The position numbers and the translations under genes were made by a program. A DNA stretch of 64,000 nucleotides, from assembly GCF_009914755.1 (NCBI RefSeq), contig NC_060926.1. One strand, written 5' to 3'. Shown here piece by piece: positions 23,197-37,465 of this stretch. The notes under the pieces were generated by a model, which was given only the letters and a program-made list of their open reading frames with translations, made no database searches and had not been told where the DNA came from. This stretch comes from the human T2T-CHM13v2.0 reference genome, Homo sapiens. The stretch's first letter is position 1. The number at the start of each line of letters is the position of its first letter.

Positions 23197-24472
23197 AGAA
23201 AATGTATTTCAGTATAAGAAATCAATTTCATTTGATTGGCAGTGGCAGCCTTAGTGCTGTATGAAGGGATCTGCTGCTCCACCAGGACCCTGTGGCAAAG
23301 CATGCGATGGATGATTGATTAGCAATGTATGGCAAGCGTGCAGGTAGGTGCAGGTAGAGAAGACTGGTTGCTTCTGGTTTGTGCATATTTTCCCAGAAAC
23401 AAATCCTGGACTTGGAGAATGTTTGCATTTGGGCCTCACAACCATAAATGGTAATGTTCACTAGTTAGCGCAATCAATGACTAGACTAGCACTAGAGAAA
23501 AAAAAAATCCATCAGCTAGCCAACCAAAAACAAACAAAAAAATCCCACCTCATAAACAAACAACCTTTCTTTTCTCTTAAGAATCTCTGGGATTATAAGA
23601 GGCCTAGACTCTCCAAAGGGTAGCCGCATATAAGATACTCTCTATGCAGGCCTTTAGAGGTGTTTCTTTCCTTGATCCCTCCTGATTTGACCAATGGGTT
23701 GTATATGTTGTGTTTAAAAAAAATAAATCCCAAGTTTTACATAATTTGTACATAGAACCCCGTTGCATTGCACTCAATGCTGCCACATGTCCTGATCCAG
23801 CTTCTGCCTTCTGGAGTAACAGGTGATAGGCCAAAGCCTCTGCTCCTCCCCAAACCTGATAGGAGACCATTGAGTCGGTCTGCGGCTTGAGAAGAGAGCA
23901 TTCTATGTAATGTAGCAGTTACAACATATGATGAACATGATGAATGGTCTTCCTGGTCTGGGCATATTCAGGCACAGAAGCAGTACTCTCTGTAAGCCAG
24001 CAATAGTAGGAGGAAGACCTGGGTTTACTTTGCTGGAAGTGGGGATGGCTTTTACAGACTCATTCACACTCTCTGGGCCTGGTTTCTCTTTGTGACCACA
24101 AGTATATGGCTGTGATGTTCCAGGATGCTGTTACTGTCTAGCCTTGACTCTGTTTTAGAGCAAAGACACCTGTAGGCCTTGGTAGGGAACCAAACAGAGG
24201 TCTTATTGACCAAGTGCATGAACCATGTCAGCAAATTGTGAAAAGCAACATAACTATAAATTCACAGTGCTCACAGTGCTTAAGGATTCCCAAGTGCAGA
24301 GGCAGAATTAATATAGAGGAAAGGACACAGGCTTTGGAGCCAGGCAGACCTGAGTTCATATCTTCAGTGTGGTGTGATGTTGGATGAGTTATTCTCCTAA
24401 CCTTTGTTACTTCATAAACTGGGATATTAAGTCCTGCTCATTTCATTGTTGGGAAAATGAGAAAGCCAGTAG

Positions 24473-24965
24473 TGTGATGGTTAGGATTAGGTTTGCTATG
24501 AGTAACAGAGACACCACATAGCAGTGCTTACACAGATAGTAGTTATCTCTTGCTTCAAAGTCCACAGATGTATAGCCTAGGGCTGGCCTGGAAGCTCCTC
24601 TCTGAAAAGTCCTCTGGGATCCACTTTCTTTCTGCTCACTTCACCATTCATCAGGTTTGTCCTTATTCCCAGGGTCTAGTATGATCACAACCACATCCAC
24701 ATTTTCCAGCAGAAGACCAGACAAATGCCTGAAAAAGAAAGGGACAAAGGGTGTGGACCAACCATTCTTTAAGAAAGGTACCAGTGCTTTCATAGCCCTT
24801 CTGCTTACATCCCACTGGACAGAACCAAGTCACGTGGTCACACTCAGCTGCACAGGACCCTGGGAAATGTAGTCTTTATTCTTGGTGCTCACGTGACCTG
24901 CTAAAAGTTTATTTATGGAAGATGGGAAAGAATAGACTTTGGGGGTCAACAAATCTTTGTCCCAA
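24473..24965 (-). mobile_element. MaLR LTR (MLT1J-like)
   Basis: GGTTAGGATTAGGTTTGCTATGAGTAACAGA...CACATCCACATTTTCCAGCAG...GTCACGTGGTCACACTCAGCTGCA...GGGAAATGTAGTCTTT. Confidence 0.7.
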
Positions 24966-25933
24966 CTTATGAAGCCCTTAGCACTGTGGTTGGCTACATG
25001 ATAACTGGTGTGGGGCTGTGGGCTTTCATTTCAGTCTAGTTGCCACCTGCACGTGACACTCTGGCACTATTTTCTAAATTTACCTAGAGAAGTTGTGGCA
25101 GAAAAAATTCGTTTTACTCCCTCCTTGCCGAGGAGCTGGTGGACACTTGGTGAGCGTAGGTTTCTTGTCCCTAAGCTGTGTATCCAGGCATGCTCCCTAC
25201 AAAATCAGAAATTGTTTGGTAATTTACATGGTCACCTTTGCTTACCAGGAGTAATTCTATGAGAGGAGTAGAGCTCTGACATAGCACACTACAGTGGTTG
25301 CTGATCCCAGCCTACAGTTCTTTCAAGAATAAAAACATATTTAAATGACACTCCTACACCCTTTTCTTTTGTGTTCTGTGGCATAAAGACAGGTGGCAGC
25401 AACTCATTTTCACCAATATTTACCCAGTGGACTCTAAAGCCAGGCAATATGCAAAACATATATGTGGAAATATCCACATATATTGTGAGGATACAAACAC
25501 TGCCTCTGACCTCATGGAGTGTTCTGTAATTGGGAAAATGGATAGAAAACACATGATTACCCCAATACTTTTTAAACTATAATAATATCTAGATGTAATC
25601 ACCATTAATACCCGAGGAGCCATTTTCCAAGGACAGATGTTCCTGCTTCCTTCTCACCTGCCATATCTGACCAGAAACCAGGTCTTGGACTTTTTTCTTG
25701 GAAATGTCTCTTACATTATTTTTCCCTTTTCACCTTTCACCATTGCTGGCCTGGCTCAGGCCCTGTGACTTCCTGTGATGGCTGGATTTATGCAGAGGTT
25801 GCACCTGTGGGCTGTTGAGCGAGGCACTCTGCACCAACCAAGTCCCACCAGTTACTGGCTTAGTAATTTGGGGTTACTTAACCTTTTGTGTCTCAGTTTC
25901 CTTCTCTCTAGTGTGTGACAATAACAGACAGAC

Positions 25934-26401
25934 TGTATTGATTTGTTAGGGCTTTTGTAACAAAGTACTGCAAACCAAGTGGCTTCAACAACAGGAATTT
26001 ACTGTGCCACCATTCTGGAGGCTACAAGTCCAAGATGAAAGGGTTGGCAGTGCAGGGTTTATTCCTTCTAAGGGCCATGAGGGAGGATCTTTTCCACGCC
26101 TCCCTCCTAGCTTCTGGTGGTTTGCTGGTAATCTTTGGTATTCCTTGCCTTTAGATGTCTTACCCTAATCTCTGTCTTCATCTTCACACGATGTTCTCCC
26201 TGTGTGAATCTGTGTCCAAAGTTTGCCTTTTTATAAAGATGTCAGTCACATTGGATAAAGAGCCTTCTCTACTCGAGGATGACCTTATCTTAACTAATTA
26301 CATCTGCAGAGACCCTATTTCCAAATTAGTTCACATTCTGAGGTACTGGGGTTTAGGATTTCAACATATGAAGTTTAGAGGACACAGTTCAGCCCATAAT
26401 G
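25934..26401 (-). mobile_element. MaLR LTR (MLT1C-like) inserted in a MIR
   Basis: TGTATTGATTTGTTAGGGC...ATTCTGGAGGCTACAAGTCCAAGATG...GGACACAGTTCAGCCCATAA; MIR sequence on both sides. Confidence 0.85.
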
Positions 26402-26593
26402 CTGCAAACCCTGTGGATGCAAATGTGCTACATATATATATATATATGTAAAGCACTTAGAAGAGGGCCTGGCGTACAGCAAGTGCTTAGTAAAGGTTAG
26501 GAACTATCATTTTTTAAATGTGATGTCTTTCTAACTGGTCCTCCGGCTCTGATCTCCACCCTCCAATCTTGCCTAAATGATATATCTTTCTGG

Positions 26594-26980
<387 letters not shown>

Positions 26981-27168
26981 CTACATAATCTGGCACAAAT
27001 TAATCTAGCTCTTCTCTGTATTCCCACATTACATTATTTATAGTGTTATTGCATGATCTGCTTTGAACTGTGATTGGCTGTGAATGCCAGCAGCCTCCGT
27101 GGTGATGGCCTTAGGGCCAGGACCATGCTTATTTAATCTATTCTCAAGTATAGGTCTGTTCTCATTCC

Positions 27169-28490
27169 TTTTTTTTTTTTTTAATTTTTCTATTGATATA
27201 TCCTAGTTGTACATATTGTTGGGGCACATGTGATATTTTGATACATGTATACAGCATGTAATAATCAAATCAGAGTAATTGGGATACCCATCCCCTCAAA
27301 CATGTATCTTTTCCTTGTGTTGGGAACATTACAATTCTTCTAGTTATTTTGAAATATACAGTAAATTATTGTTAACTATAATTTCCTTACTGTAGTATTG
27401 AATGCTACAATTTATACATTCTAACTGTATTTTTGTATCCATTAGCCAACCTCTCTTCACCCCTGCATTCCCCCTTTTTCTTCCCAACCTCTCATATCTA
27501 TTATTCTACTCTCTACTTTCATAATATCCACTTTTTAAGCTCTCATCTATGAGTGAGAACATGCAATACTCATCTTTCTGTGTCTGGCTTATTTCACTTA
27601 ATATAATGCATTCCAATTTCATTCATGTTGCTGAAAATAGCCAAGATATGGAATCAGCCTGACTGTCCATCAATGGATGAATGGATAAAGAAAATGTTAT
27701 ATATATATATATATACACACATATATATACACACACATATATATATACACACATATATATACACATATATACACACATATATATACACACACATATATAT
27801 ACATATATATGCACACACACACATACACACAAGGATGTCATTCTTTTTTGTGGATGAATAATATTCCATTGTGTGTATGTATTACATTTTCTTTATCCAT
27901 TCATCCACGGATAGACACTTAGGGTGATTCCGTATCTTGGCTATTGTGAATAGTGCTGCGATGGACAGGGGAGTGCAGGTACCTCTCTATATACTGCTTT
28001 CCTTTCTTTTGGATATATACCCAGTAGTGGGATTGCTGGATCATATGGTAGTTTGTTCTATTTTTAATTTTTTGAGGAACCTCCATACTGTTTTCCAAAA
28101 TGGCTGTTCTGCTTTACATTTCCACCAACAGTGTATGAGGGTTCCCGTTTCTCTGCATCCTCTCCAGATGATATCTCATTGTCGTTTTGATATGTATTTC
28201 CCTGATGATTGGCAATGTTGGGCATTTTTTCATCTACCTGTTGGCCATTTGTGTTTCTCCTTTTGAGAAATGCCTATTCAGGTTTTTGCTCATTTTTAAT
28301 CAAATTATTATTATTTTGCTATTGAATTGAGTTACTTATCTATTCTGGTTATTAGTTCCTTATTGAATGGATAGTTTACAAATCTTTTCTCTCATTATGT
28401 GGGTTGGTTCTTCACTTCGTTGTTTCCTTTGCTGTGCAGAAACATTTTTGCAGGATGTGATCCCATTTGTCTATCTTTGCTTTTGCTGTC
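27169..28490 (-). mobile_element. L1 3' fragment (L1MA-like) with internal inverted segment and (TA/CA)n
   Basis: Poly-T start, L1MA-type 3' UTR, antisense ORF2 end (TTTTGAGAAATGCCTATTCAG). Confidence 0.88.
27698..27830. repeat. (TA)n/(CA)n compound microsatellite
   Basis: Alternating ATATAT/ACACAC tract. Confidence 0.9.
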
Positions 28491-29710
28491 TTGTTTCCAT
28501 TCATTTTTGCAGCTCCTGTGTCCACAGTGGTGCCAGGCTTCCACCAGATTTTGTGCAATGCTGACTAGTGTTTGCTATTGGGTGTGTGTTTGTGTGCATC
28601 CATCTGTCTTTCTAGGCATTCCCTCAGAAGGGGTGGCAACACGTGGTAGGGAGTCAGGCTCTATCTGCCCTGGAGGGCTTTGCTCTCTCCCTTATACCCA
28701 ACCTCTGCTCCTGATCTGGCAAGCCGGCCTTCATCACACCAGCCTCTGCTCCTGAACTCCTTTCTCAACCCTGGACCCTGCTAATTTCCATCCTGTCGTC
28801 TCCCAGAACCTCCCCATCCCCCAGGTGAAGTCTAAAGTTGCTTATGGATAGTGAGGAAGTTGACTATCAGGAGTAGCTGATGTCTGGAAGGAGAAAAAAT
28901 CTTCATGGTAGAGGAGCATGAAACTGCATGGTGGAGTGACAGTGGCTGGGAGGGGCTTTTCCAACCTCCGTGTGCTCTTTCTTTTTCTTTTTTTAAGTCT
29001 TGTTTCCATAAGTGGTTCCTTTGTCCTTTCTCAGATACTTCACATCTTCATGCTCCCTGGCCTGTATCTAAATATGCTCTTGAGAAAGAAGACATTATCC
29101 ATTTTTTATCTATCAATAAGAAAAGAAGCCACAAGGTTTCACCTTCCCAGTCTGGTCTCTGATTAGGGCCTGGAAGGCTTTTCCTTATGGATATTTCTGA
29201 TGTCTGATGTCGGGGAGGTTGGCATGCGAGTGGGGGTAATATATACCCCTGCATGGCTGAAAATCCTCCCTGGATAGAGCTCCTTCACGCCCAGCTCGTT
29301 GGCACCCATCCTACAACTTCTCATCTATACATTGATCTCCTTCATTAGTGGACCACAAATGGTTCACTAATGGACCATTAGTGGTCCGTTAGTCACTGGC
29401 AGCTATATGAAATTGCAAAGCGACAGATTTTGTGGCCCTCCGTAGGTGTTTCCATGTGAATGATGGGCTGAGCACACACGAGAAACCTGAGTGACTGAAA
29501 TGCAAGGATGCACATGCCCCCTGCATGCAGGACACATGCATGAACACGGACTTGCCTGAACCAAGAGAAGGATTGAATGAGGGCAGTAATTCGTCCTTGT
29601 GGGGGATTCTGGAGAGGCTGTCTGGAGGAGGAGACAAAGGAGCAGACCATAGCTAGAAGACAAGAATGGTTAGGAGTGCTCTAAGAAGGGAGCAATACCT
29701 CAGAATCTCA

Positions 29711-30064
<354 letters not shown>

Positions 30065-30246
30065 AAGAATTGATGGTGAAACATTCACTTTTCTGCCCAG
30101 AGAAATTTCCTTTGCTTTCTGGATCCCATCTGCCTTCCCAGCTAGTTCTGCCTACACAAGCCTGCTCTAGCCCATAGGGACCCTCAGTTAAAGTAGAAAA
30201 ATATGCTTCAACTGGGCTGACCTGGCCCTGCAGGCACACAGGTTGG

Positions 30247-30259
30247 CCAGCAGATGGCA
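30247..30259 (+). promoter_or_regulatory. CTCF-like motif
   Basis: CCAGCAGATGGCA matches the CCASYAGRKGGCR consensus; motif only. Confidence 0.4.
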
Positions 30260-30746
30260 TCTTTGTGTGAATTGGAAAAACCATGGCACAAGGCTTCGTC
30301 AGCCCCGTGCTGAATTTTAGATTCCCCTGGTGCCTTCAGCAGAGCATCCTTGTTCAGGGTGGACCTGCGCAATTATACAGAACAGTCTTGTCTACACCCC
30401 TGAGACCCACCTTGTAAACCTTCTCCCCATTCTCTGGACACATCAGCCCCCTTCACAACTCCATAATCTTAATACGTTCTATTCTTGTCTTCCTCTTTGC
30501 AAATTTCAACTCATATCTCCAGAGTCAGCTCAAGTGTCCCGCCGTCGGCAACACTTCTGGGCTTGATGAGGTAGAGTGGAGGCTCTGAGTTCCTGCATCA
30601 CAGCAGTGAGGGGCACTGCTCATCCACCAACACACACACACACGCACACACACGTCTTTTTCTGAAACTAAACTTTTTCAAAGCAGTGTCTTCACTAACA
30701 ATGTGCAATACACTAATACTTTCTATTCAATTCCATTCTGCTTTTA

Positions 30747-31682
30747 TTAATTTCTTTTTAAATTTTATTTTAAGTCCCTAGGTACATGTGCAGGATGTGC
30801 AGGTTTGTTACATAGGTAAACATGTGCCATGGTGGTTTGCTGCACCTATCAGCCCATCACCGAAGTATTAAGCCCAGAATGCATTAGCTGTTTTTCCTGA
30901 TGCTTTCTCTCCCCCTGCACACCACCCCACCTCCCAACGGGCCCCAGTGTGTGTTGTTCCCCTCCCTGTGTCCATGTGTTCTCATTGTTCAGCTCCCACT
31001 TATGAATGAGAACATGTGGTGTTTGGTCTTCTGTTCCTGCGTTAGTTTGCTGAAGATAATGGCTTCCAGCTCTATCCATGTCTCTGCAAAGGACATGATC
31101 TTGTTTCTTTTTATGGCTAAATAGTATTCCATGGTGAATATGTACCACATTTTCTTTATCCAGCCTATCATTGATGGGCATTTGGGTTGATTCCATGTCT
31201 TCGCTATTGTGAATAGTGCCGCAGCGAACATATATGTGAATGTATCTTTATAATAGAAGGATTTATGGTTCTCTGGGTAATTGCCCAGTAATGGGATTGC
31301 TGGGTAAAATGGTATTTCTGGTTCTATGTCTTTGAGGGATCACTACACCGTCTTCCACAATGGTTGAACTAATTTACATTCCCATCAACAATGTAAAAGC
31401 GCTCCTGTCTCTTCACAGCCTCACCAGCATCTTTTGTTTCTTGACTTTTTAATAATCGTCATTCTGACTGGCATGAAATAGTATCTCGTTATCTTTTTGA
31501 TTTGCATTTATCTAATGTTCAGTGATGTTGAGCTTTTTTTCATGTTTGTTGGCCGCATAAATGTCTTCTTTTGAGAAGTGTCTGTTCATGTCCTTTGCCC
31601 ACTTTTTAATGGGGTTGTTTATTTTTTTCTTGTAAATTTGCTTATGTTCCTTGTAGGCTCTGGATATTAGACCTTTGTCAGG
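30747..31682 (-). mobile_element. 5'-truncated primate L1 (older L1PA) with 17-bp TSD
   Basis: GTACATGTGCAGGATGTGCAGGTTTGTTACATAGGTAAAC 3' UTR; [24 protein letters not shown]; TSD ATTCCATTCTGCTTTTA 30730-30746 / ATTCCATCCTGCTTTTA 31683-31699. Confidence 0.93.
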
Positions 31683-32391
31683 ATTCCATCCTGCTTTTAA
31701 AATGCTGGTTGTGACCTATTAAATTGATTTCCCAACGCATGAGAGTCGCAGCTCTCAGTGTGAAAGACACTAATTGAAACCACCAAGAGGCAGGAGTCTG
31801 AGAAAGTGCTGGCCAGTGAGTGCACCTGAGGGTTCTGTCTTTGGATAGGCATGGGAGGGAATGGATAGTGTCTGGGGTCAGTGAGGAGGTGGTCAGGCCT
31901 GTACTCAGATGTTTTCCTTTCCATGGCCATGAGCAGCAATGTCGCCAATGCCCAGACATATTTCCACCTCCCATTTTGAGCCCTGTCTGGCACCTAGGAC
32001 CTTCCTGCTGCCTCCTGGGAACCCCCTCGTGGTGGCTAACGATGGCACTATCCCTTCTCTCTGTCTCTCCACATCTGAGGCACTCTTTCTACTATCCCAG
32101 TCTTGTCACCCAAGGCCGTGGAAGTGAGGGGATATGTCTTATCCATTCTTACATCCTCAGTACTTGCAGAGTGCGAGGCCTTCGGGTACTCAATGAACAC
32201 TGGCTGAATAAATGAATGAGTAAATAAATAAGTGGGTGACCGTAGCACCAGAGTTCTGCTGAGCGAGGAGTTGCAGGGACTGCCAACTCAAATGCCTTCA
32301 GGGATCAACAGGCAGGTAACATCATTCCATGAAACAGGCCAGGTGGGAGACATAGGAGACAGCCACGAAACCTCTGGAAGGCCAGTGTCTC

Positions 32392-32858
32392 TGTATGACA
32401 TGTTCCTCTTGCAGCTGTAACAAATCACCACAAATATAATGGCTAACAACAGAAATGTATTTTCCTACAGTTCTGAAGACCAGATGTCTGATCTGAGTCT
32501 TACAGAGCTAAAATCAAGGTGTCAGCAGGGCTAGATTCTTCTTGAGATCCCAGGGCAGAGTCTATTCCTTCTCTCTTCTACCTTGTGGTGGCTGCCCATG
32601 TTGCTTCACCGGTGGCTACATCACTCCAGTCTTGCTCTGCCATCACTGTCTCTGCTCTTTTGTGTCAGATATCTCTGTATCTTCCCCTTATAGGACCCTT
32701 GTGGTCATAATTAGGGCCCATTCAGATTATCTAGTATAATCACTGCTTCTCAAAATCCTCAATCATATCTTCAAAGTCCTTTTTGCCATATAAGGTCACA
32801 TTCATAGATCTGGGATTAGCACCAGGAAACCTTGGGGATTATTTTTCAGTCTACTGTA
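32392..32858 (-). mobile_element. MaLR LTR (MLT1D-like)
   Basis: GCTGTAACAAATCACCACAAAT...CAGTTCTGAAGACCAG...AAATCAAGGTGTCAGCAGGG...AAGTCCTTTTTGCCATATAAGGTCACATTCA. Confidence 0.8.
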
Positions 32859-34986
32859 TCATGGCTAGGCAGAGTCAAGGGCAGGGATGGAGCTGAGAGT
32901 CTCCTGGGCCAATCTTCTTACTGTAGATGCAAGAAAGTGGAGACTGGAGAGGGGAAGGGACTTGCCCATGGCCACTCTCCAGTTAGGAGCAACGCCATGA
33001 TTGCATTCCAGGTCTCTGCGGTTTCCACAATAGCCTCTTCTCAGAGGTGGCCTGTGGCCCTGATATACTTTTCTGCAATGTATCGTCAACAGTGATACCG
33101 AAAATGTCAGACAAAGGCTCTACACTTGTATTTTTCACCCTAGAACTCAGACACATTCCCAGTTATTTCAGGACTTTTGGAGTTGAACTAATACATGAAA
33201 AGCTGGTGTGACTTTCCACAGAGATGAGGCATCCTTAAAGTCTTAAGGATTTTTAAAACCCCTCTGAGCTGTCAGGGGCACCTTAAAATAAATGTAGGTA
33301 CTCTCTCTCTTAATCCCATTAATTATTCATGTCTTACTTTCCATTCAAACTACTCATCTCCCAAGTACTCCATACATTTTTTTTTTCCTAGTTGTAATCA
33401 TGCAGTTCAATAAATCCAAAGAAGTTTGCAGTGCTGATGATCAGAGGCCCAAATCCTTTCAGTTCTGCCTAGGAAGGGATTAGGAGGTTTAACCTTTTTC
33501 TTCTACACTGAGCCAGTATCAGAAAAAAATGTAAGAACTAACTTAGGAAAAAGCACCAAGGAAGAGGTGCTGTCAGTCAGCATCCCATGGTATAGCCAGC
33601 CAATGTGTCCCTGGATATTTTGTGAGGGGGCATGTCCTTCCTAATGGTGTCTCTGAACATTCCCAAATATCCTAACGTGTACTTAGGGAACTGATATGGT
33701 TTAATCAATTTCTATGGATAGATCGATTGATAGGACTCTTTATACACACAGATACATATCAATATATGTACATATACACATACATACATCTACACACATA
33801 TATAGACATGTATATTAATCTATGCACGCACATGTGTGTGTGCATGTATGTGTTCTTGCAGACCTTTTCAAAATAATGCATCCCATAATGTTAATCACCA
33901 TGTAGAATAGAATTTAGAGATGTTGGTTTTCCAATACCCAAAGACGACGGATGCAAGCAGGAAGAATCCGTTCTAATATTTTAGAATATTAATGTGGGTG
34001 TGGGAAATTGTCCTTGTTTTCCTTTGTGATTTTTATTCTTAGGCCCATTAATTGGCAAAGAAGATGAAGGCTGGATGTACCTCATGGAAAATGCCTGGAT
34101 GGGAAAGGGGACATCCTCACCAAAACTCCAGGTTTAAAACTGTGGCTGGGCACCCCATCAATGAGTCAGTCACCCTGAGGAGGACTGAAATAAAATGTTT
34201 GCTCTACAAGCCTCACAGATAGCAGGACCAACCATGTCCTTAAAGTATGCATTCAAATACTTGAATGCATACTTCAGCGGAAATTTTCCTATTCTGAGGG
34301 GTTTTGCTTTATCTGTTACAGTAGCCAAATTTTGGTGCTTTCTATAGCAAAGAATTCTAAATAAATGCCCACAAAAGCCAGCAGCATAGCCAGTAGACAT
34401 CAGTAAGGAAGATGGTGAAAGAACTGAGAGGGCTGGAGTCTAGGACATGGAGTGCGCTCATCCATGCTGAAAGGGGCAGGACTCAGCTCCAGCAATTGTG
34501 GGCATTTGTGGGTATGGATTCAATATTTACAGGTCATTCTATTTTATAAGAGAGGCTAGAAAATACCAATTTTAATACCAAGGAAACCATCTGGGCTGCA
34601 TTAGGTCCACAGTACACCAGCTTGAGACCTTTCCTGTCTAGGGCTACTCTTTGGCTAACCAGTCAGTACCGTGCAACTAACAGGCTAGCACAATAAGCAG
34701 CATGACCATTCTCTCTCTCTCCCCCATACCCTCAAAAACAGTATTTTGTTCTAGCAATGTTACATTATGAAATGATCATTTGGGAGAATAAATTCAAATA
34801 AAATTAGAGATAACTCATATTATTCTGCAATTAACTTGATCAAATTTAACCAATATTAGTTGTTTGCTACTGTTTAGCAGATTCTGTGCAGGCCCAATGA
34901 CACGTTAAAGCATTCTTTCTTTTCTCCATAACTAGTACTGCCCCCGGATTCAGGTAAGAGGGCCCCACCTGGTCCTGTACGCCGGC

Positions 34987-35150
34987 CAGCACTGCTTAGA
35001 CTTTGTGTGCACCCAGATGTCCCAGGGGTCTTGTTAAAGTGCTGATTCTGATTTAGGAGGCCTGGGGTGGGGTCTGAGATTTTGCCTTTCTAACGAGCTC
35101 CAGAGCAATGCAGATACTGCTGGGGCCCAGCTGCATTTTGAATAGCAAGG
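34987..35150. mobile_element. MER5A hAT-Charlie MITE
   Basis: GGTCTTGTTAAAGTGCTGATTCTGATTTAGGAGGCCTGGGGTGGGGTCTGAGATTTTGCCTTTCTAACGAGCTCC. Confidence 0.8.
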
Positions 35151-35942
35151 CTTAGAGACCCAGCTCTGGCTGCTTCTGGCTGTGCCCTGCTGATGGGGTG
35201 AGGAGTCTTGAGGGTGAAAGGGTAGTGCCCATATGGAGGCCATGCCCTCCACCTTCTTGGCCACACTCTGGGTTCTGGGACCCTGAGATTCCCTTCTTGA
35301 ATGGCTCCCAGCCCTCAATCAGGACCTGCATGGACCTCTTTTGTGGACCATCCTTCCCGAGGCTCACTAGTCAGCTGAAGCATTGGCATAGGTGTATACG
35401 GGAGGGGCAGAAGCAGCTTGGCCTGAGGCCCAAGGCATCCACATACTTGTGCGTAGTGTCCAGCAATCAGCTGACCAAGCTCTGCACGTGATTGTGCTGC
35501 ACACTCAAGTTGAGAGCCACCTATGTAGACAAAGCAGGACCAACAGTAAATATCAGTTTCTTGGAAACCATCCCAAATAATCTGAGATCAGTAATCTAGG
35601 AGTAGTGTCGTTTCTCTTCCTCTGACAACATTGCAAGGCAGCCTCCCCTCTCTTTCCTCTTAGCTCTACTACTAGGTTTTGAGTTTGGACAAGACAGCTC
35701 CCCTCTCCAAGCTTCCAAGTTTTTAGCCACAAAGTAGGAGCTGGGCTACCAATCATGAGCATGTTGCCAGAGTCTCTTGTAGACTGTAAAGTCAGTGAAT
35801 CTGAATAGATCTCCCTTAAAATCTATGACATGTCTTCAGCTTCACTTATTCACATTAAAATCTCACTGATTAGTGTCATAAATTTTCTCTTTGAGCACAC
35901 ATATACCCCTGGGTGGGATAAGGGTCAAAGAGCTGCATGGGA

Positions 35943-36098
35943 CAGCACTTCTCAAATGCTGACATGCACATGAATGGGGGTCTTGCTAACGTGCACATTC
36001 TGATACAGGAAGTCTGGGGTGGGGCCTGAGAGTCTGCATTCATAGCAACCTCCGGGTTATGCCAGGCTGCTGGTCTGGGAGCAGACTTCGATAGCAAG
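35943..36098. mobile_element. MER5A hAT-Charlie MITE
   Basis: ATTCTGATACAGGAAGTCTGGGGTGGGGCCTGAGAGTCTGCATT...GCTGCTGGTC. Confidence 0.75.
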
Positions 36099-37244
36099 TG
36101 TCTGTGGTGGCAATAAGTTTGATCAGATTGCTTCCTTTTGAAGACCTTTGATAAATCTGAGAGGAAAACAGTGTTTTATGGAGGCAGAGAAAAGAGGAGG
36201 AATTAATTGATAGCAGGGTACACAAAAGTGTATCTTTTGTTAGGTAATCAGTGAACTGTGACTATTCATAAGAGAGAGCAGTGGGGACTGTAGCAAACTG
36301 GAGAGAATGGGCCTCAGTGACGGAGTGGGTGCCACTCAGCTCTAGTACCTTGGCACCATGAAGCCACATGACCCCTAGTGCCAAATCTTCCAGCTTTTTG
36401 AGATAATCCAGTCACTGAATTCTATGAACTTTTTTGATTTTTATATGTCAATTACTTCACATCAAACTAACTGGCCAACTAAAAACCAACTAGTATCATG
36501 TGAGCCAAACAGAACGTGTATGAAGAACAAATGGTGTGTGAGTGAACAAATTCTAGATGGGAAAGAAGTCCTTCCTGGGCCCTGGAGGTTACAAGGGTAG
36601 GGAGAGGACACTTCCTGAGTATAATAGGGGTTGGGTAATAAAAAGAAAGTGGGAGGCCTTGGAAGACCAACATGGCTACTTCCAAAGATGTTGCCTACTT
36701 ACTCCGTCTCTCCCTCCTAGAGATGCTGCAGAATTTCTCCCTCTGGAGCTTGAGGTAGGAGGAAATAAAGAACAAGGGGCTCACAGCTGAATCTGGATTA
36801 TGAGTGAAGTGTTTCTACTCAGGGGTAGGGAGGGGACCCAGGCCCCCTGTCTCCCTTGTGGTAGCACTGCTGTCCAGTGACCCTTGGGGAGTGTTTTCTC
36901 TATCCATCTGCTGAACTGGCTCTTTGCTCTTCATGGGAGGCTCTGTGGACACAGGATGTTTAGGTCCCTGTAGGTAGCCTTGTGGATGGTAAGATTCCAG
37001 AGAGTATCCCTGAGGGCAAGTTGGATACAATGAGTTGGAGAGACTTCATCTAGTCCACTCTCATTTTGTGACAATCTGAATCTCACTGAAGGTCTAGATG
37101 GAAACCAAATTCTGGAGGTCAGGTTTTGGCGTCCCCTTCAACTTCACCTCTAGGTTATCAGGAGAACTAAATGTGAGCATGTGTGAAACATGCTTTGTAA
37201 ACTATAAAGCACCACAAATATGTCAGTGATTGTTAGGAGGTAGC

Positions 37245-37465
37245 AGGAAGTCAGCAAGCTCAGTTAGTATCCCAGCTCTTACTAACTCTGTAAACATAGT
37301 CAAGTGACTTAACTTTGCCAGACTTGTCTCTCCACCTGTAAAATGGGGTGCATAAAGCCTATCTTACCTCTGTGAAGATTAAATGAAATAGTGCATATAA
37401 ACTACTCAGTATTTCATCTGACCCAAAATAGCTGCTGCTCAATAAACAGTAGCTAATATTATAGT
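37245..37465 (+). mobile_element. MIR SINE fragment
   Basis: CAAGTGACTTAAC...CCACCTGTAAAATGGGG...TGTGAAGATTAAATGA...GCTCAATAAACAGTAGCTA. Confidence 0.7.
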
